Shown: piece by piece, positions 23,182 through 34,851 of the stretch
How positions within the stretch are numbered: position 1 is the stretch's first letter
How the letters are laid out: every line of letters begins with the position of its first letter
NCBI GenBank assembly: GCA_002269645.1
Contig: NIVC01001087.1
Span: 209,301 to 273,300 of the forward strand
DNA length: 64,000 nt
Source of the DNA: Macrostomum lignano
Taxonomy: Eukaryota
Direction: 5' to 3'
Position numbers and translations under genes: made by a program
Notes under the pieces: model-generated
Database searches by the model: none
Told to the model about the DNA's origin: nothing
What the model saw: the letters and a program-made list of their open reading frames with translations, nothing else

Positions 23182-26100
23182 TCAGGCAGGACAGGTAAAT
23201 CTTCGCTTTCTAGCTCTTTTATTGTGGCCACCAGTCTGCCGCTGCGCCCTCTCAGGTGCGAGTCCTGCCCGAGCAGCGGTGCTGGACTTCCTTCGACACT
23301 GGCGCAGGTCGGTGACGACATTCTTGTCTGTCAACGTTGATTCCACCTCGACCTTGTTGGCCTCGAGTGGATCAGGTCTCGGGTTTGCGGTTCTGCAGGC
23401 GGCCTGCTGTCGGTAACTTGGCGAGCACTGCATCGACATCAGCCGCATGCAGTGTGACAGGCTGTCTTTGGAAGAATTTCTCAAAGGAGTAAAACGGTCT
23501 TGACTACTTCCGGAAGTTGGCTGCTGTTTCACTTCACTACCGGAAGTTGGTTTTGTTGAACCCGGCTGTGGAACCCTGCGGAATTAATGAACTATAAGTT
23601 AGTGTAGTTTATTCTGTGGTTAAACTATAGGATAGCCCATTCCAATGAAAACTATTCAAATGGTTCAAATTTAATCTATGGTCAAAACACCGTCTATTAT
23701 CTGTGTGGCACTCTGCAGGATCTCAAGGAATGGCGTTCCATGGTGCTGCAGCAGAATCGTGGATCCAGGCGTGCGGATGCTATCACGCGGTTGCTAAGAG
23801 TGCAGCCAAATTTGCTCACACACTTGCTCACGCTTCCTGCTTGATCGCTGTTTGGCCTGTGAAAATATCTCATTTGGTCTGACAGTTGCAAAATCTTTCG
23901 CTTCCTGGGTAACAGGATGCACCATTCTATCTAATATGGTTCTGAGTTTAAAGTCTGAATTCAACGCTCTCCCCAATACACGGTTTTGGCCATAGACAAT
24001 GGTCGAATAGTGGGTTGAATATGGTTGACCGTGTCTTTTGAATTCTCTACTTAAAATGCATTCTCTAACCTTGAAACATTACAACACACAATCATTCGCG
24101 TAAGGTGATCTATCGATATGTGAAGCTGGATTTTAGTTTTCGTTTTAATAATGAAATTATTGTCAACTTTTTTTAGTCTTGCACTCCTGTGCCTATCAAT
24201 TATTGGTAAGTTTGCTGTTTAATCTTAGCTTTTTTGAGAACATCTGATGAAAGCGTCCCTAGCAACCCATACAAACATTCAAGTTTCTGTAGCTTAAAGT
24301 AAACTAGCAAGTATTGTAATTCCTCAAGAGTCCCTAGCAGCCATTGAACACATTCAAAGCGTCCCTAGAAACCAATGCACGCCCTCAAAGCGTCTATAGC
24401 AACAATTCTATACATTCAAGTGACTAGTAGCAACCAACGGACACTCCAAAGCGTCCCTAGCAACCATACTCCACCGAAAAGCGTCCCTAGCAACCAATGG
24501 ATACTCTTAAAGCGTCCCTAGCTAGCAACCATACTCCACCGAAAAGCGTCCCTAGCAACCAATAGATACCCTTAAAGCATCCCTAGCAACCAATGGACAC
24601 CCTTTACGAGTCCTTAGCAACCATTCACCACGTTTAAAGCATCCCTAACAGCCAATGGACACCCTACCCTTAAACCGTCCCTAGCAACCAATTTATACAC
24701 TTAAAGCGTTCCTAACAACCAATGGACACCATTTCCTAAGCCTTAGCAACCATTCGCCACCTTTAAAGCATTCCTAACAACCAATGGTATGGACACCCTA
24801 CCCTAAAAGCGTCCCTAGCAACCAATAAACACCCCAATAAGCAACCAATGGAAACCCCAAAGCTTCCTAGAAACAATTAGAAACCCTCAAGTGACTCTAG
24901 CAACCAATTTGAACCTTCAAAGAGTCCCTAGCAACCCATAGATACAGGCTTCAAGCAACCTAAGCAACGTACCCTTAAAAATCCCAAGACATTATTCAAC
25001 ACTTTAAGAAGCGACACTGGCACTCGACTGCCACCACTACAACAACAAATTATTTGGACTTCGAGTGGACACAGGGCCGGCCATCTGCATTCCCGGACAC
25101 TCTTGCGTCCTGTTGATATATAAAACTGGACAGGTAAACATTTTAATTGGGCTCTGATTGCTTTAATCACACGTGTCTCTAGCCTGTTAGAAAAACTATT
25201 AATTATTCAATGACTGCCCGGCTCTGTTAAAGCTTATACGTGTAGATTAGTTTATAAAAATTTAAGCCCTTCAAGACTTCCTTAAAAATATTTTTAATGA
25301 CACCCCCATCAAATGACATGGCGCCCAATCAAGTGAAATGGCGCCTCCCCCATCAAATGAAATGGCGCCCCATATCAAATGAGATGGCGCCCCATATCAA
25401 ATGAGATGGCGCCCCATATCAAATGAGATGGCGCCCCATATCAAATGAGATGGCGCCCCATATCAAATGAGATGGCGCCCCATATAAAAAAAAATGGCGC
25501 CCCCATGAAATGAAATGGCGCCCCATATCAAAATAAAAAATGGCGCCCCCATCAAATGAAATGGCACCACCCCCATTAAATGAAATGGTGCCCCACATCA
25601 GATAAAAATGGCGCCCCCCATCAAATGAAAATGGCGTCCCCATCAAATTAAAATGGCGCCCCCATCAAATAAAAATGGCGCCCCCCATCAAATGAAATGG
25701 CGTCCCCCATCAAATGAAAATGGCGTCCCCATCAAATGAAAATGGCGCCCCCATCAAATGAAAATGGCGCCCCCCATCAAATGAAAATGGCGCCCCCACA
25801 ATCTAAGATTGACTTTTAAAAGTATTAAGAACTTATTTGGACAACACAGCTAAAAATCGGAGCCATAAACGCCAACAATTGCATACATATAGGAAGGCGG
25901 CATCTGCGGCACCTGCATATACGTGAAAGCCAAGCTAAAAGTTCTGGGCCTGGCCAACGACACCATCATCAAATGCGAAGAGTGCTCGGAAGATTTGTGC
26001 AATATAAAAAAGTTCACAAGCAGAACGGGTGCGTCAAGTGTGCTGACTCTTGCGGCCGGACTTGCGGTGCTGATAACAGTGCCTTGGCTCACGTGACCTA

Positions 26101-26249
26101 CACTGGGCTGTTTGATTTTTTTAGTTGACCCCGGAGGTCAATTATTTTCTTTAAATATACACGCGTGAACACAACATGCGGGACTCTGACGAAAAGTTGC
26201 TTTTCAATCGTACAGTTTTATATTAATTTTCAGACAGACAGACATCCAC

Positions 26250-26300
<51 letters not shown>

Positions 26301-26303
26301 GCC

Positions 26304-26336
<33 letters not shown>

Positions 26337-26487
26337 CACAAACAGACAGACAGCCAGACAGACAGACAGACAGACACACAGGCAGACAGACAGACAGCCA
26401 GACAGACAGACAGCCAGACAGACAGACAGCCAGACAGACAGACAGACACTAAGACACTAAGACAGACAGACAGACAGCCAGCCAGCC

Positions 26488-26544
<57 letters not shown>

Positions 26545-26567
26545 GCCAGACAGACAGACAGCCAGCC

Positions 26568-26640
<73 letters not shown>

Positions 26641-27368
26641 GCCAGACAGACTTACACCTCGGTGGCTCCCAGCGCAGACCGCACAGCCTCTCCGCTTGCC
26701 GCTATGCAGGCGGTCAGGCCAGCGGCATTCCTGGCCGCACCAATCGGCACCCCGAAGGCCGAGTGCCAGCCAAGCAGCTGCTGCACGCAGCGCTGACAGC
26801 CGGCAGCGGCGGCCAGGTGCAGGCAGGTGTCGCCGGCAGAGTCGGCAGCCAGGAGGTTCAGCCGCATCGGCACCGAGTCAGCTGCCAGCATCAAAGCCAA
26901 ATCCTCCGGCCGTCCGAGCGCGCAGGACCAAGCCAGGGGTGTCCGGCCGAACAGGGGATCCGGCCGGCCCAGCGGATCGGCTCCGTGATGGAGCAGCAGG
27001 CGCAGCAGCTTCAGCCGCTTTCGGGTCAGCTGAGCCACCTCAGATTCGCAGCCACCGTCGGGCAGAGTTGCCGCAATCAGCAGGGGTGTCAAGCCATCGA
27101 CAGGATCAACCAGGCTGTCAGTTGGTCGGCAGCCCATCGCGACAATCGAATGCCGACATGCTCGAAGGTCGCAAGCTCGAATCCCAGCTAGTAGGTCTCT
27201 AGCCAGATGAGAATTCGTAGCAGTGACGATGAAGAAGCGTCGGCCACTGTGGTTGCTAGGCAACGGGGCGAGCCAGGGTAGGCCTCGACCCGAGGAAACG
27301 GGAACTCTACCAGGAGACTCTGAGCCGCTGCGATGGCCAACAAAAGCAGCAGTCGCTGTGGGGTACAT
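23182..27368 (-). CDS. Ankyrin-repeat protein, ANKRD34/ANKRD63-like (invertebrate type)
   Basis: Main exon ~27368-26656 has clear ankyrin repeats ([39 protein letters not shown]) and ends at a phase-2 GTAAGT. A phase-2-compatible exon starts at 24049 (V|[10 protein letters not shown]...). A terminal exon 23575-23182 is plausible. The join between the last two is unresolved and the start codon is tentative. Confidence 0.65.
24151..26096 (+). CDS. Ly6/uPAR (three-finger) family GPI-anchored protein, 3 exons, ~127 aa; absent from the ORF track
   Basis: Exons 24151-24205 (signal peptide [18 protein letters not shown], phase-1 GTAAGT), 25009-25133 ([11 protein letters not shown]...[12 protein letters not shown]...) and 25893-26096 (EGGICGTC...[11 protein letters not shown] + [23 protein letters not shown]). 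8 Cys, CxxDLCN signature, hydrophobic GPI-type tail. Confidence 0.85.
24250..24935. repeat. Degenerate ~28-30 bp minisatellite (aaagcgtccctagcaaccaatggacac), Ly6 intron 1
   Basis: Recurrent ccctagcaacc core. Confidence 0.85.
25300..25800. repeat. ~21-bp minisatellite (atcaaatgaaatggcgcccc), Ly6 intron 2
   Basis: Tandem units visible. Confidence 0.95.
26232..26650. repeat. (GACA)n microsatellite abutting the ankyrin exon donor
   Basis: Direct reading. Confidence 0.98.
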
Positions 27369-27705
27369 TGTTGCTGGGATGCAATTGTGCACAGCAGGCA
27401 CCACCGCGAGAGGGGGCTGATGACGGACTGGTACTTATCTGTTTAAATACTTGCCTAGCAGTGCTTAAATGTGTTTGGCTTGAGCAAATAGGCACAGGCA
27501 ATGCGAGAGCGATAGGGCCATGCCAGCGTTCTGGACACGCCATGCCGTTTTTAGGCTATCGCGATGCTTTGTAAGCGTTTGTTTTCCACCTAGCTGAGGT
27601 AGAGGTCTTGCGACTCATTTGTCCTGCCGACTTGCTGAGATTAGAACTTGCCGGCGCTGCCGCGATAAAAGTAATCACCTTGAAATGTCTGCTTGTAAAA
27701 CCTGG

Positions 27706-27937
27706 AATCTGGGAGGCTGGCCCAGCAACTGAGGATCTGGAGGCTGGCCCAGCAACTGAGGATCTGGGAGGCTGGCCCAGCAACTGACACTCTGGGAGGC
27801 TGGCCCAGCAACTGACACTCTGGGAGGCTGGCCCAGCAACTGAGGATCTGGGAGGCTGGCCCAGCAACTGAGGATCGGGGAGGCTGGCCCAGCAACTGAG
27901 GATCTGGGAGGCTGGCCCAGCAACTGAGGATCTGGGA
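27706..27937. repeat. 28-bp minisatellite family, locus C, ~8 units
   Basis: Same unit as loci A, B and D; both gatcct and gagtgt variants. Confidence 0.95.
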
Positions 27938-28041
27938 GTAGAATTAGAAAATTAAAAACAGACATTAAAAAATTCAGCTGATTGAGCAACAATGGCTTTG
28001 ATATCAATCACTGTTAAACCTGCAGTCCATCAGTCAGTATA

Positions 28042-29974
28042 TCTCTACATATAAAAATCAAAACTCTGTGTGTGTGTGTGTCTGTCTGTGTGTGGACAAT
28101 TTTGATCACTATGGACTCCCAAACCGCTCAACCAAATGACACCAAATTTTACACCCACCCTAAACTCACTACGGAGAATGTCTTAGGCTACTTTTTAATT
28201 TCCTAAATTTGAGTCTTCCCACCTAAAAGTGCAAAAAACTGCTCAAAATGCGCGATTTTTTTACTAAAGCCTCCTTAGCGCCGCTCCACTTCTACCGATC
28301 CTCTTCAAATTTGACACAATCAATTTTCAACTATTTTGACACAATCGTGTAAAATTTCGAGTCTCAAAGTTAATCCTGAAAGCCGCTGTGCACTTTTAAA
28401 GTTAGGCTGTTTTTTTCAGCGAGGCAGCCACCCCAACCTCCGCCCGCCTGCCTCTCTTTCCCGATCTGGGCAAAGGGTGTGAATAGGTTTTAAAATGACT
28501 AACTTTCGGCTGCCATAAGTTTGCTCCACGTGAAGCGATTGACTTCTAACTTAACACAATTCTTCTTTGATTCATTCTCTGTCTAAATGTAAAGTTTCAA
28601 CTCTCTAACTCAATCAGAACAGAAACTGTAAGCATGTGAAGTTTGTCTGCTTTTTCTGTTGTTTGTGCCACTCACTCACTCATTCCCCCAGAGCCAGACG
28701 AAGGGTCAGGCGATAGGGCTCAATGTACATAGCGAGTGTACAGTGTTTTGGAATAACTTTTTAATAGCCTTCTCTGTACCCCCGCGCGTGGAGAGGCTAC
28801 ATTTAGCCATGACAGTTTAGTGAGAAATTCTAACCACTGTCCTCTGTATTGGCAAACTCTGCAGCAGTTTAACAGTGGATGGCAAATCGAGGGAATCCAG
28901 CATGGTTTGTAAAAGCGAAAGATTTATGAAAAGGCGATGCGATGCAATGCAATACAACCCTACTAAATTAGGCACACTATGGAAATTTTAGGTTTCTTTT
29001 AAAGGTACTGTGTAAATATTAAATGGCCTCCTAAGAAATGCGTATTTCCTTGGTTGTTAGACTGATGCAGACTGCAGTGGAGCTGAAGATACACAAATTC
29101 CTTTCAGGGCTGCAAATTGGCAAGAAAGATGACGTGATCAAAGCATGAGAACAACCATGAGAGTACTACGTCCCACAAACTGGCTTTCCAAGCAGGGATG
29201 GGCAGACTTTTACCTCAAAGACCAGATAAAGAACCAGCTCATAGCTGAGGGGCAGATGAAAGTGGAAAGAAGGAATAGACGATTCGAAGAGAGGAGAGGC
29301 GACAGAGGGGATAAAAGAAAAGATAAAAGATAATAGTAGAGATGAGGGGGTGAGGACGATGAGAGAGAGGGGGAGAAGAGGGGAGAGAGGAAAAGCGAGA
29401 GGAGAGAGGAGAGATGAGAGAGCAGAGAGCTGCAGATGAGAGGAGAGAGGAGACAGCAGAGAGGAGAGCAGAGAGGAAACAGGTGAAAGAAGAGATGAGA
29501 GTAAAGGGAAGAGAGAAGAGATAAAGATACATCTCTACATCTCTAAGGTTGTAGAGATGAGAGAGGTGGAAGGAGAGATGAGAAATGAGAGATAACGGAG
29601 AGAGGAGAGTGGAGTGAGAGAAGAGAGGGAGACAGAGTATAGACAAGGAAAGAGAAGAGAAAAGAAGAAAGGAGAAAGGAAAGTGAGGAGTCAAAAGAGG
29701 GGAAAGAAAAGAGTACAGATGAGAGAGGTGAGAGAACATATAAGACAGAGATGCCAGATTAAAGAGAGGGATGAGAGAGTAGAGACGAGAGTGAACAGAT
29801 AAAAGATGGGAGAGTAGAGAGAACAGAGGAGAGGTTACAGAGACGAGAGGAGAGAGGAGAGACAAGGTAGAGAAGTGAGTGAGGAGAGAGGAGAGGAAAG
29901 AGGAGAATTGAGAGGGGAGAGAGTAGAGAGAGGAGGAGAGATAAGAGAGAAAGACAGAGAGACAGAGAAAGAGA

Positions 29975-30053
<79 letters not shown>

Positions 30054-30063
30054 GAGAGAAAGA

Positions 30064-30141
<78 letters not shown>

Positions 30142-30160
30142 AGAGATAAGAGAGAAAGAC

Positions 30161-30217
<57 letters not shown>

Positions 30218-30935
30218 AGAGATAAGAGAGAAAGACAGAGAAGAGAGAGAGAGGGAGAGAGAGAGAGGGGGGAGCAGAGAGAAATGAGAAGAGATAAGAG
30301 AGAAAAGATAAAAGAAGAGAAAGGAAAGATAAGAGAGCAAAGACGAGAGAGAAAAGAGGTGAGGGAAGAGACGAGAGAAGAGGGGAGAGATGAGAGAGTA
30401 GAGGAGAGAGTTAAGAGAAGAGAGAAAAGGATAAAAAGGAGAAGGAAGATAAGAGAGAAGAGGGGGTGAGAGGAGAGAGGAGAGAGGAGAGGAGAGAGAA
30501 AAGAAGAGACAAGAGAGGAGATAAGAGAGATGAAAGAGAAGAGAGATGAGGGAAGATACGAGAGAAGAGGGGAGAGAGGAGAGACGAGAGACGAGAGACG
30601 AGGGACGAGAGAGATGAGAGGAAACAAAGAGAGTAAGAGACGATAGAAATTTTAAAGGATCCAAGGGACGTAGGGAGAGTCAGGGAGAGACCAGAGTTTA
30701 GCAATATATGTTTTAGAGTCAGACAGACATTGCCTGACATTCTGCGCAGTACCCCAGCCAACAATGTCTCAAACCCAAATTTTACACGAATGTGCTCCAT
30801 TTTATGTCTACCTCTATCCTACTAACTATTAACAAGTTTTTGTTTGTGTATGGCCTTAGATTTCAGAATACATGCAAAAGTAGTTCCGGGTATTGGAATT
30901 CCCCGGGTTCAAAATCCGCGGGTTTCAACAGCTTG
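28042..30935 (+). mobile_element. Non-autonomous Helitron-like element, copy 1 (~2.9 kb) with an internal purine-rich (AG) tract
   Basis: Starts A|TCTCTACATATAAAAATCAAAACTC(TG)n. Ends with a GC hairpin (cccgggttcaaaatccgcggg) ~11 bp before CTTG. Colinear with copy 2. No Rep/helicase ORF. Confidence 0.8.
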
Positions 30936-33803
30936 TCTCTAACTATAAAAATCAAAACTCTGTGTGTGTGTGTGTGTGTCTGTGTGTGGACAATTTTGAT
31001 CGCTATGGACTCCCAAACCGCTCAACCAAATTACACCAAACTTTACACCCACCCTAAACTTACTACGGAGAATGTCTTAGGCTACCTTTTAATTTCCTAA
31101 ATTTGAGTCTTCCTACCTAAAAGTGCAAAAAACTGCTCAAAATGCGCAATTTTTTCACTAAATCCTCCATAGCGCCGCTCCACTTCTACCGATTCTCTTC
31201 AAATTTGACACAGACAATTTTCAACTATTTTGGCACAATCATGTAAAATATCGAGTCTTAAAGTTAATCCTGAACGGCGCTGTGCACTTTTAAAGTTTGG
31301 CTGTTTTTTTCAGCGAGGCAGCCACCCCAACCTCCGCCCGCCTGCCTCTCTTTCCCGATCTGGGCAAAGGGTGTGAGTAGGTTTTAAAATGCCTAACTTT
31401 CGGCTGCCATAAGTTTTCTCCACGTGAAGCGATTGACTTCAAATTTGACACAATTCTTTATTGACTCATTCTTTGCCTACATGTAAAGTCTCAACTCTGT
31501 ATCTCAATCAGGACAGAAACTGTAAGCATGTGAATTTTGTCTGATTTTTCTGTTGTTTGTGCCTCTCACTCACTCATTCCCCCAGCCCAGACGAAGGGTC
31601 AGGCGATAGGGCTCAATGTACTTAGCGAATGTACAGTGTTTTGGAATAACTTTTTAATAGCCTTCTCGGCACCCCGCGCGCGGAGAGGCGTGGAGAGGAG
31701 AGACAGTTTCAGCGAGAGATTCAAACCACTGTCCTCTGTATAGACAAGTCTGCAGCCGTTTAACAGTGGATGGCAAATCAAGGCGATGTGGGATGGTTTG
31801 TAAAAATAGCGAAAAATTAATGAATAACTGATTAGTAGTGATTACAATGCAATCCTACTAAATTAGTTACACCATGAAAATTTTAACATCAAGATTCGCA
31901 TAATGTAACTTTAAAATTTAAATGGCTCCTAAGAAATACGTATTTCCTTGGTTGCTAGACTGCTGCAGACTGTGGTGGTGGAGCTGGGCTGGAGGGAGAT
32001 ACACAAATTACTCTCAGGGCTGCTAATTGGCCAGAAATATGATGTGATTAAAGCATAACAACTATGAGAGTACTACGTTCCACAAACGCTTTCGAAGCGG
32101 GGATTGACAGACTTTAACCTCAAATGCCAGATAAAGAATCAAACTCATGGCTGATGAGATGAGAGTGAAAAGGAGAAGGAATAGACTATAAGAAGAGAGG
32201 AGAAGCGAGAGAACAGAGAAAAGATAGAAGACAAGAAGAGAGATGATGGGGTAAGGATAAGGAGTGAGCAGATAATATTGGAGTAAGAAGCGAGAGGAGG
32301 GGAGAGAGAAGAGAGAGGAAAGAGTAGAAGTGAGAAGAGGGAGAGAGAAGATGGGAGAGATGCGACAGGATCGATGACAGAGGAGAGCAGAGAAGAGTGA
32401 GAAGAGAGTAGAGATGAGAGATGAAGGAGGAGAGAGCAGAGTGCAGAAAGGCGAGAGAAGAGAATAGAGGGGAGAGAGTATAGAAGAGAGAAGAGAAGAG
32501 GAGTAAGGAAAGAGAGTAATCAGAGGAGGGTAAAGAGAAGAGTACACTGAAGATTGGAGAGTACAGATGGCAGAAAAGAGAGGGGATGAGAGTGAACACG
32601 ATATCTGAGAGGAGAGAGGAGAGAGGAGTCAGATGAGGGGAAAGAGAAGAGTACAGAGGAGAGAGGTGAGAACATACGAGTATACGAGAGTAAAGATGAC
32701 AGATGAGAGAGGGAAGATAAGACTGAGAGAGCAAAGACGAGAGTGAACACACGAGAGATGGGAGAGTAGAGAGAAAAGAGGATAGATAAGAAATAAGAGA
32801 TGAGAGATGAAAGGTGAGACAAAGGAAGAGAGAGACAGAGAAGTGAGTGAGGAAAGAGGAGGGGAGGGGAGAGAATCGAGAGGACAGGGGAAAGAGGGGA
32901 AAGGATGAGAGAGGGGTGAGGAGAGAGAGGGAGAGATAGAGGTAGAGAGCATGCAGAGAGAAATGAGAAGAGATAAGAGAGAAAAGATAAAAGAAGAGAA
33001 AGGAGAGATAGATAAGAGAGCAAAGACGAGAGAGGAGAGGTGAAGGAAGAGACGATAGAAGAGAGGAGAGAAAGACGAGAGAGTACAGAGTACAGAGGAG
33101 GGAGGAGAGGAGAAAGGAGAGAGGAGAAGTGTTCGGAGAGGGTAGAGTAAGGAGTGAGGAGAGGGGAGAGGGAAGAGAGAATAGAGAGTAGAGAGCAGAG
33201 AGAAGATAGTAGAGAGCAGAGAGAAGATAGTGCAGATCGAGCAGAGGGAAGATAGAGTAGAGAGCAGAGAGAAGAGAGAGTAGAGAGCAGAGAGAAAATA
33301 GAGTAGAGAGGAGAGAGTAGAGAGCAGAGAGAAGATAGAATAGAGAGCAGAGAGAAATGGGAAGAGATAAAACAGGAGAAAGGGAGAGATAAGAGAGCAG
33401 AGATGAGAGAGGAGAGGAGAGGAGAGAAAATAATAAGAGGGAATAGACGAGAGAAGAGGGGATAGAGGAGAGAGAGAAGAGACCATAGACCAGAGAAGAG
33501 AGAAAACAGAAGAGAAGGTAGAGATAGAAGTTTCTAAGGATCCAACTTCAAAGGGACACAAGGAGAGGCAGAGGCCATGAGTTTGCCTGACATTCTGTGC
33601 AGCACCCCAACCAACAATATTAATGTTTGCTTCAAATACTAATTGTACATGAATGTACTCTATTTTATGTTTAACTCTATCCTAAATTTCTAACTATTAA
33701 AAAGTTTTTGTTTAAGTATGGGCTCAGATTTCAGAATACATGCAAAAATAGTTCCGGGGGTTGGAATTCCCCGGGTTCAAATTCCGCGGGTTTCAACAGC
33801 TTG
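30936..33803 (+). mobile_element. Non-autonomous Helitron-like element, copy 2, head-to-tail with copy 1
   Basis: Junction CTTG|TCTCTAACTATAAAAATC at 30935/30936. Same 3' hairpin and CTTG|T at 33803. The dimer sits in an A|T target with no TSD. Confidence 0.8.
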
Positions 33804-34239
33804 TTAATTATAATAACCAAATTTATTTTAGAAACAGTCAAAGTCAAACGTCAAAATATGCGTCGCGGGAACAATTAGAAGCAGACAGCACGATAGAAAA
33901 TGCACAGTAGAAATAGGAAATTAACCCTTTTATTTAGATATTTAGATCAGATAGTTAAGATTCAAGATAAAAACTTATCAGCGTGCTATCCGACCAGTCG
34001 ACTAATAACCAAAGTCAAAACAAATCGCAACTGTTGAATTTTTTGTTTAAAGAAAAACACAAAACTTCACTAAGCCAATTTATTTTAAGCTGCCAATGGC
34101 TCATCGTGAAGGAGGACCAGTGAGCTGTCACTCAATCAACTCTCTAAACGCTGACACACCAAAGTCAATCCGATGTCACTGTCATTCCAGTGCCATTCTG
34201 TTGTCACACTTGTACTTTACTATTAGTCAAGTTTCACTC

Positions 34240-34830
34240 CAACGTCTCTATTGTCACTCTATGGTCACTCCAGTGTCATTCTATGGTCACTCAAGTATCA
34301 CTCTACGGTCACTCCAGTGTCACTCTACGGTCACTCCAGTGTCACTCTACGGTCACTCCAGTATCACTATACGGTCACTCTAGTGTCACTTTATGGTCAC
34401 TCCAGTGCCACTCTATGGTCACTAAAAGTGTCACTCTATGATCACTCAAGTGTCACTCATGGTCAATCTAGTGTCACTCTATGATCACTCAAGTGTCACT
34501 CATGGTCAATCTAGTGTCACTCTATGGTCACTCCAGTGTCAAACAGATGTCATTCCAGTGTCAAACAGATGTCACTCTAGTGTCAAACAGATGTCACTCC
34601 AGTGTCAAACAGATGTCACTCTAGTGTCACTCTATGGTCATTCCAGTGTCACTCTATGGTCACTCCAGTGTCAAACAGATGTCACTCCAGTGTCAAACAG
34701 ATGTCACTCCAGTGTCAAACAGATGTCACTCCAGTGTCACTCTATGGTCATTCCAGTGTCACTCTATGGTCATTCCAGTGTCACTCTATGGTCACTCCAG
34801 TGCCACTCTATGGTCACTCCACTATCACCC
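34240..34830. repeat. Composite 20-22 bp minisatellite (gtgtcactctatggtcactcca / gtgtcaaacagatgtcactcca) just 3' of the TTC13 stop
   Basis: Two interleaved related units. Confidence 0.9.
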
Positions 34831-34851
34831 CAGTTTCACTCCCCACATGCA

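Noticed and set aside
23697-23976. Stop-codon readthrough or recoding at TAG 23794-23796 in the ankyrin gene
   Set aside because: The frame continues after the TAG, but alternative splice donors nearby could explain it; unresolved without cDNA.
29145-33561. Long Ser/Leu-rich or Arg/Glu-rich ORFs
   Set aside because: Translations of the purine/pyrimidine tracts inside the Helitron copies; not conserved between the two copies.
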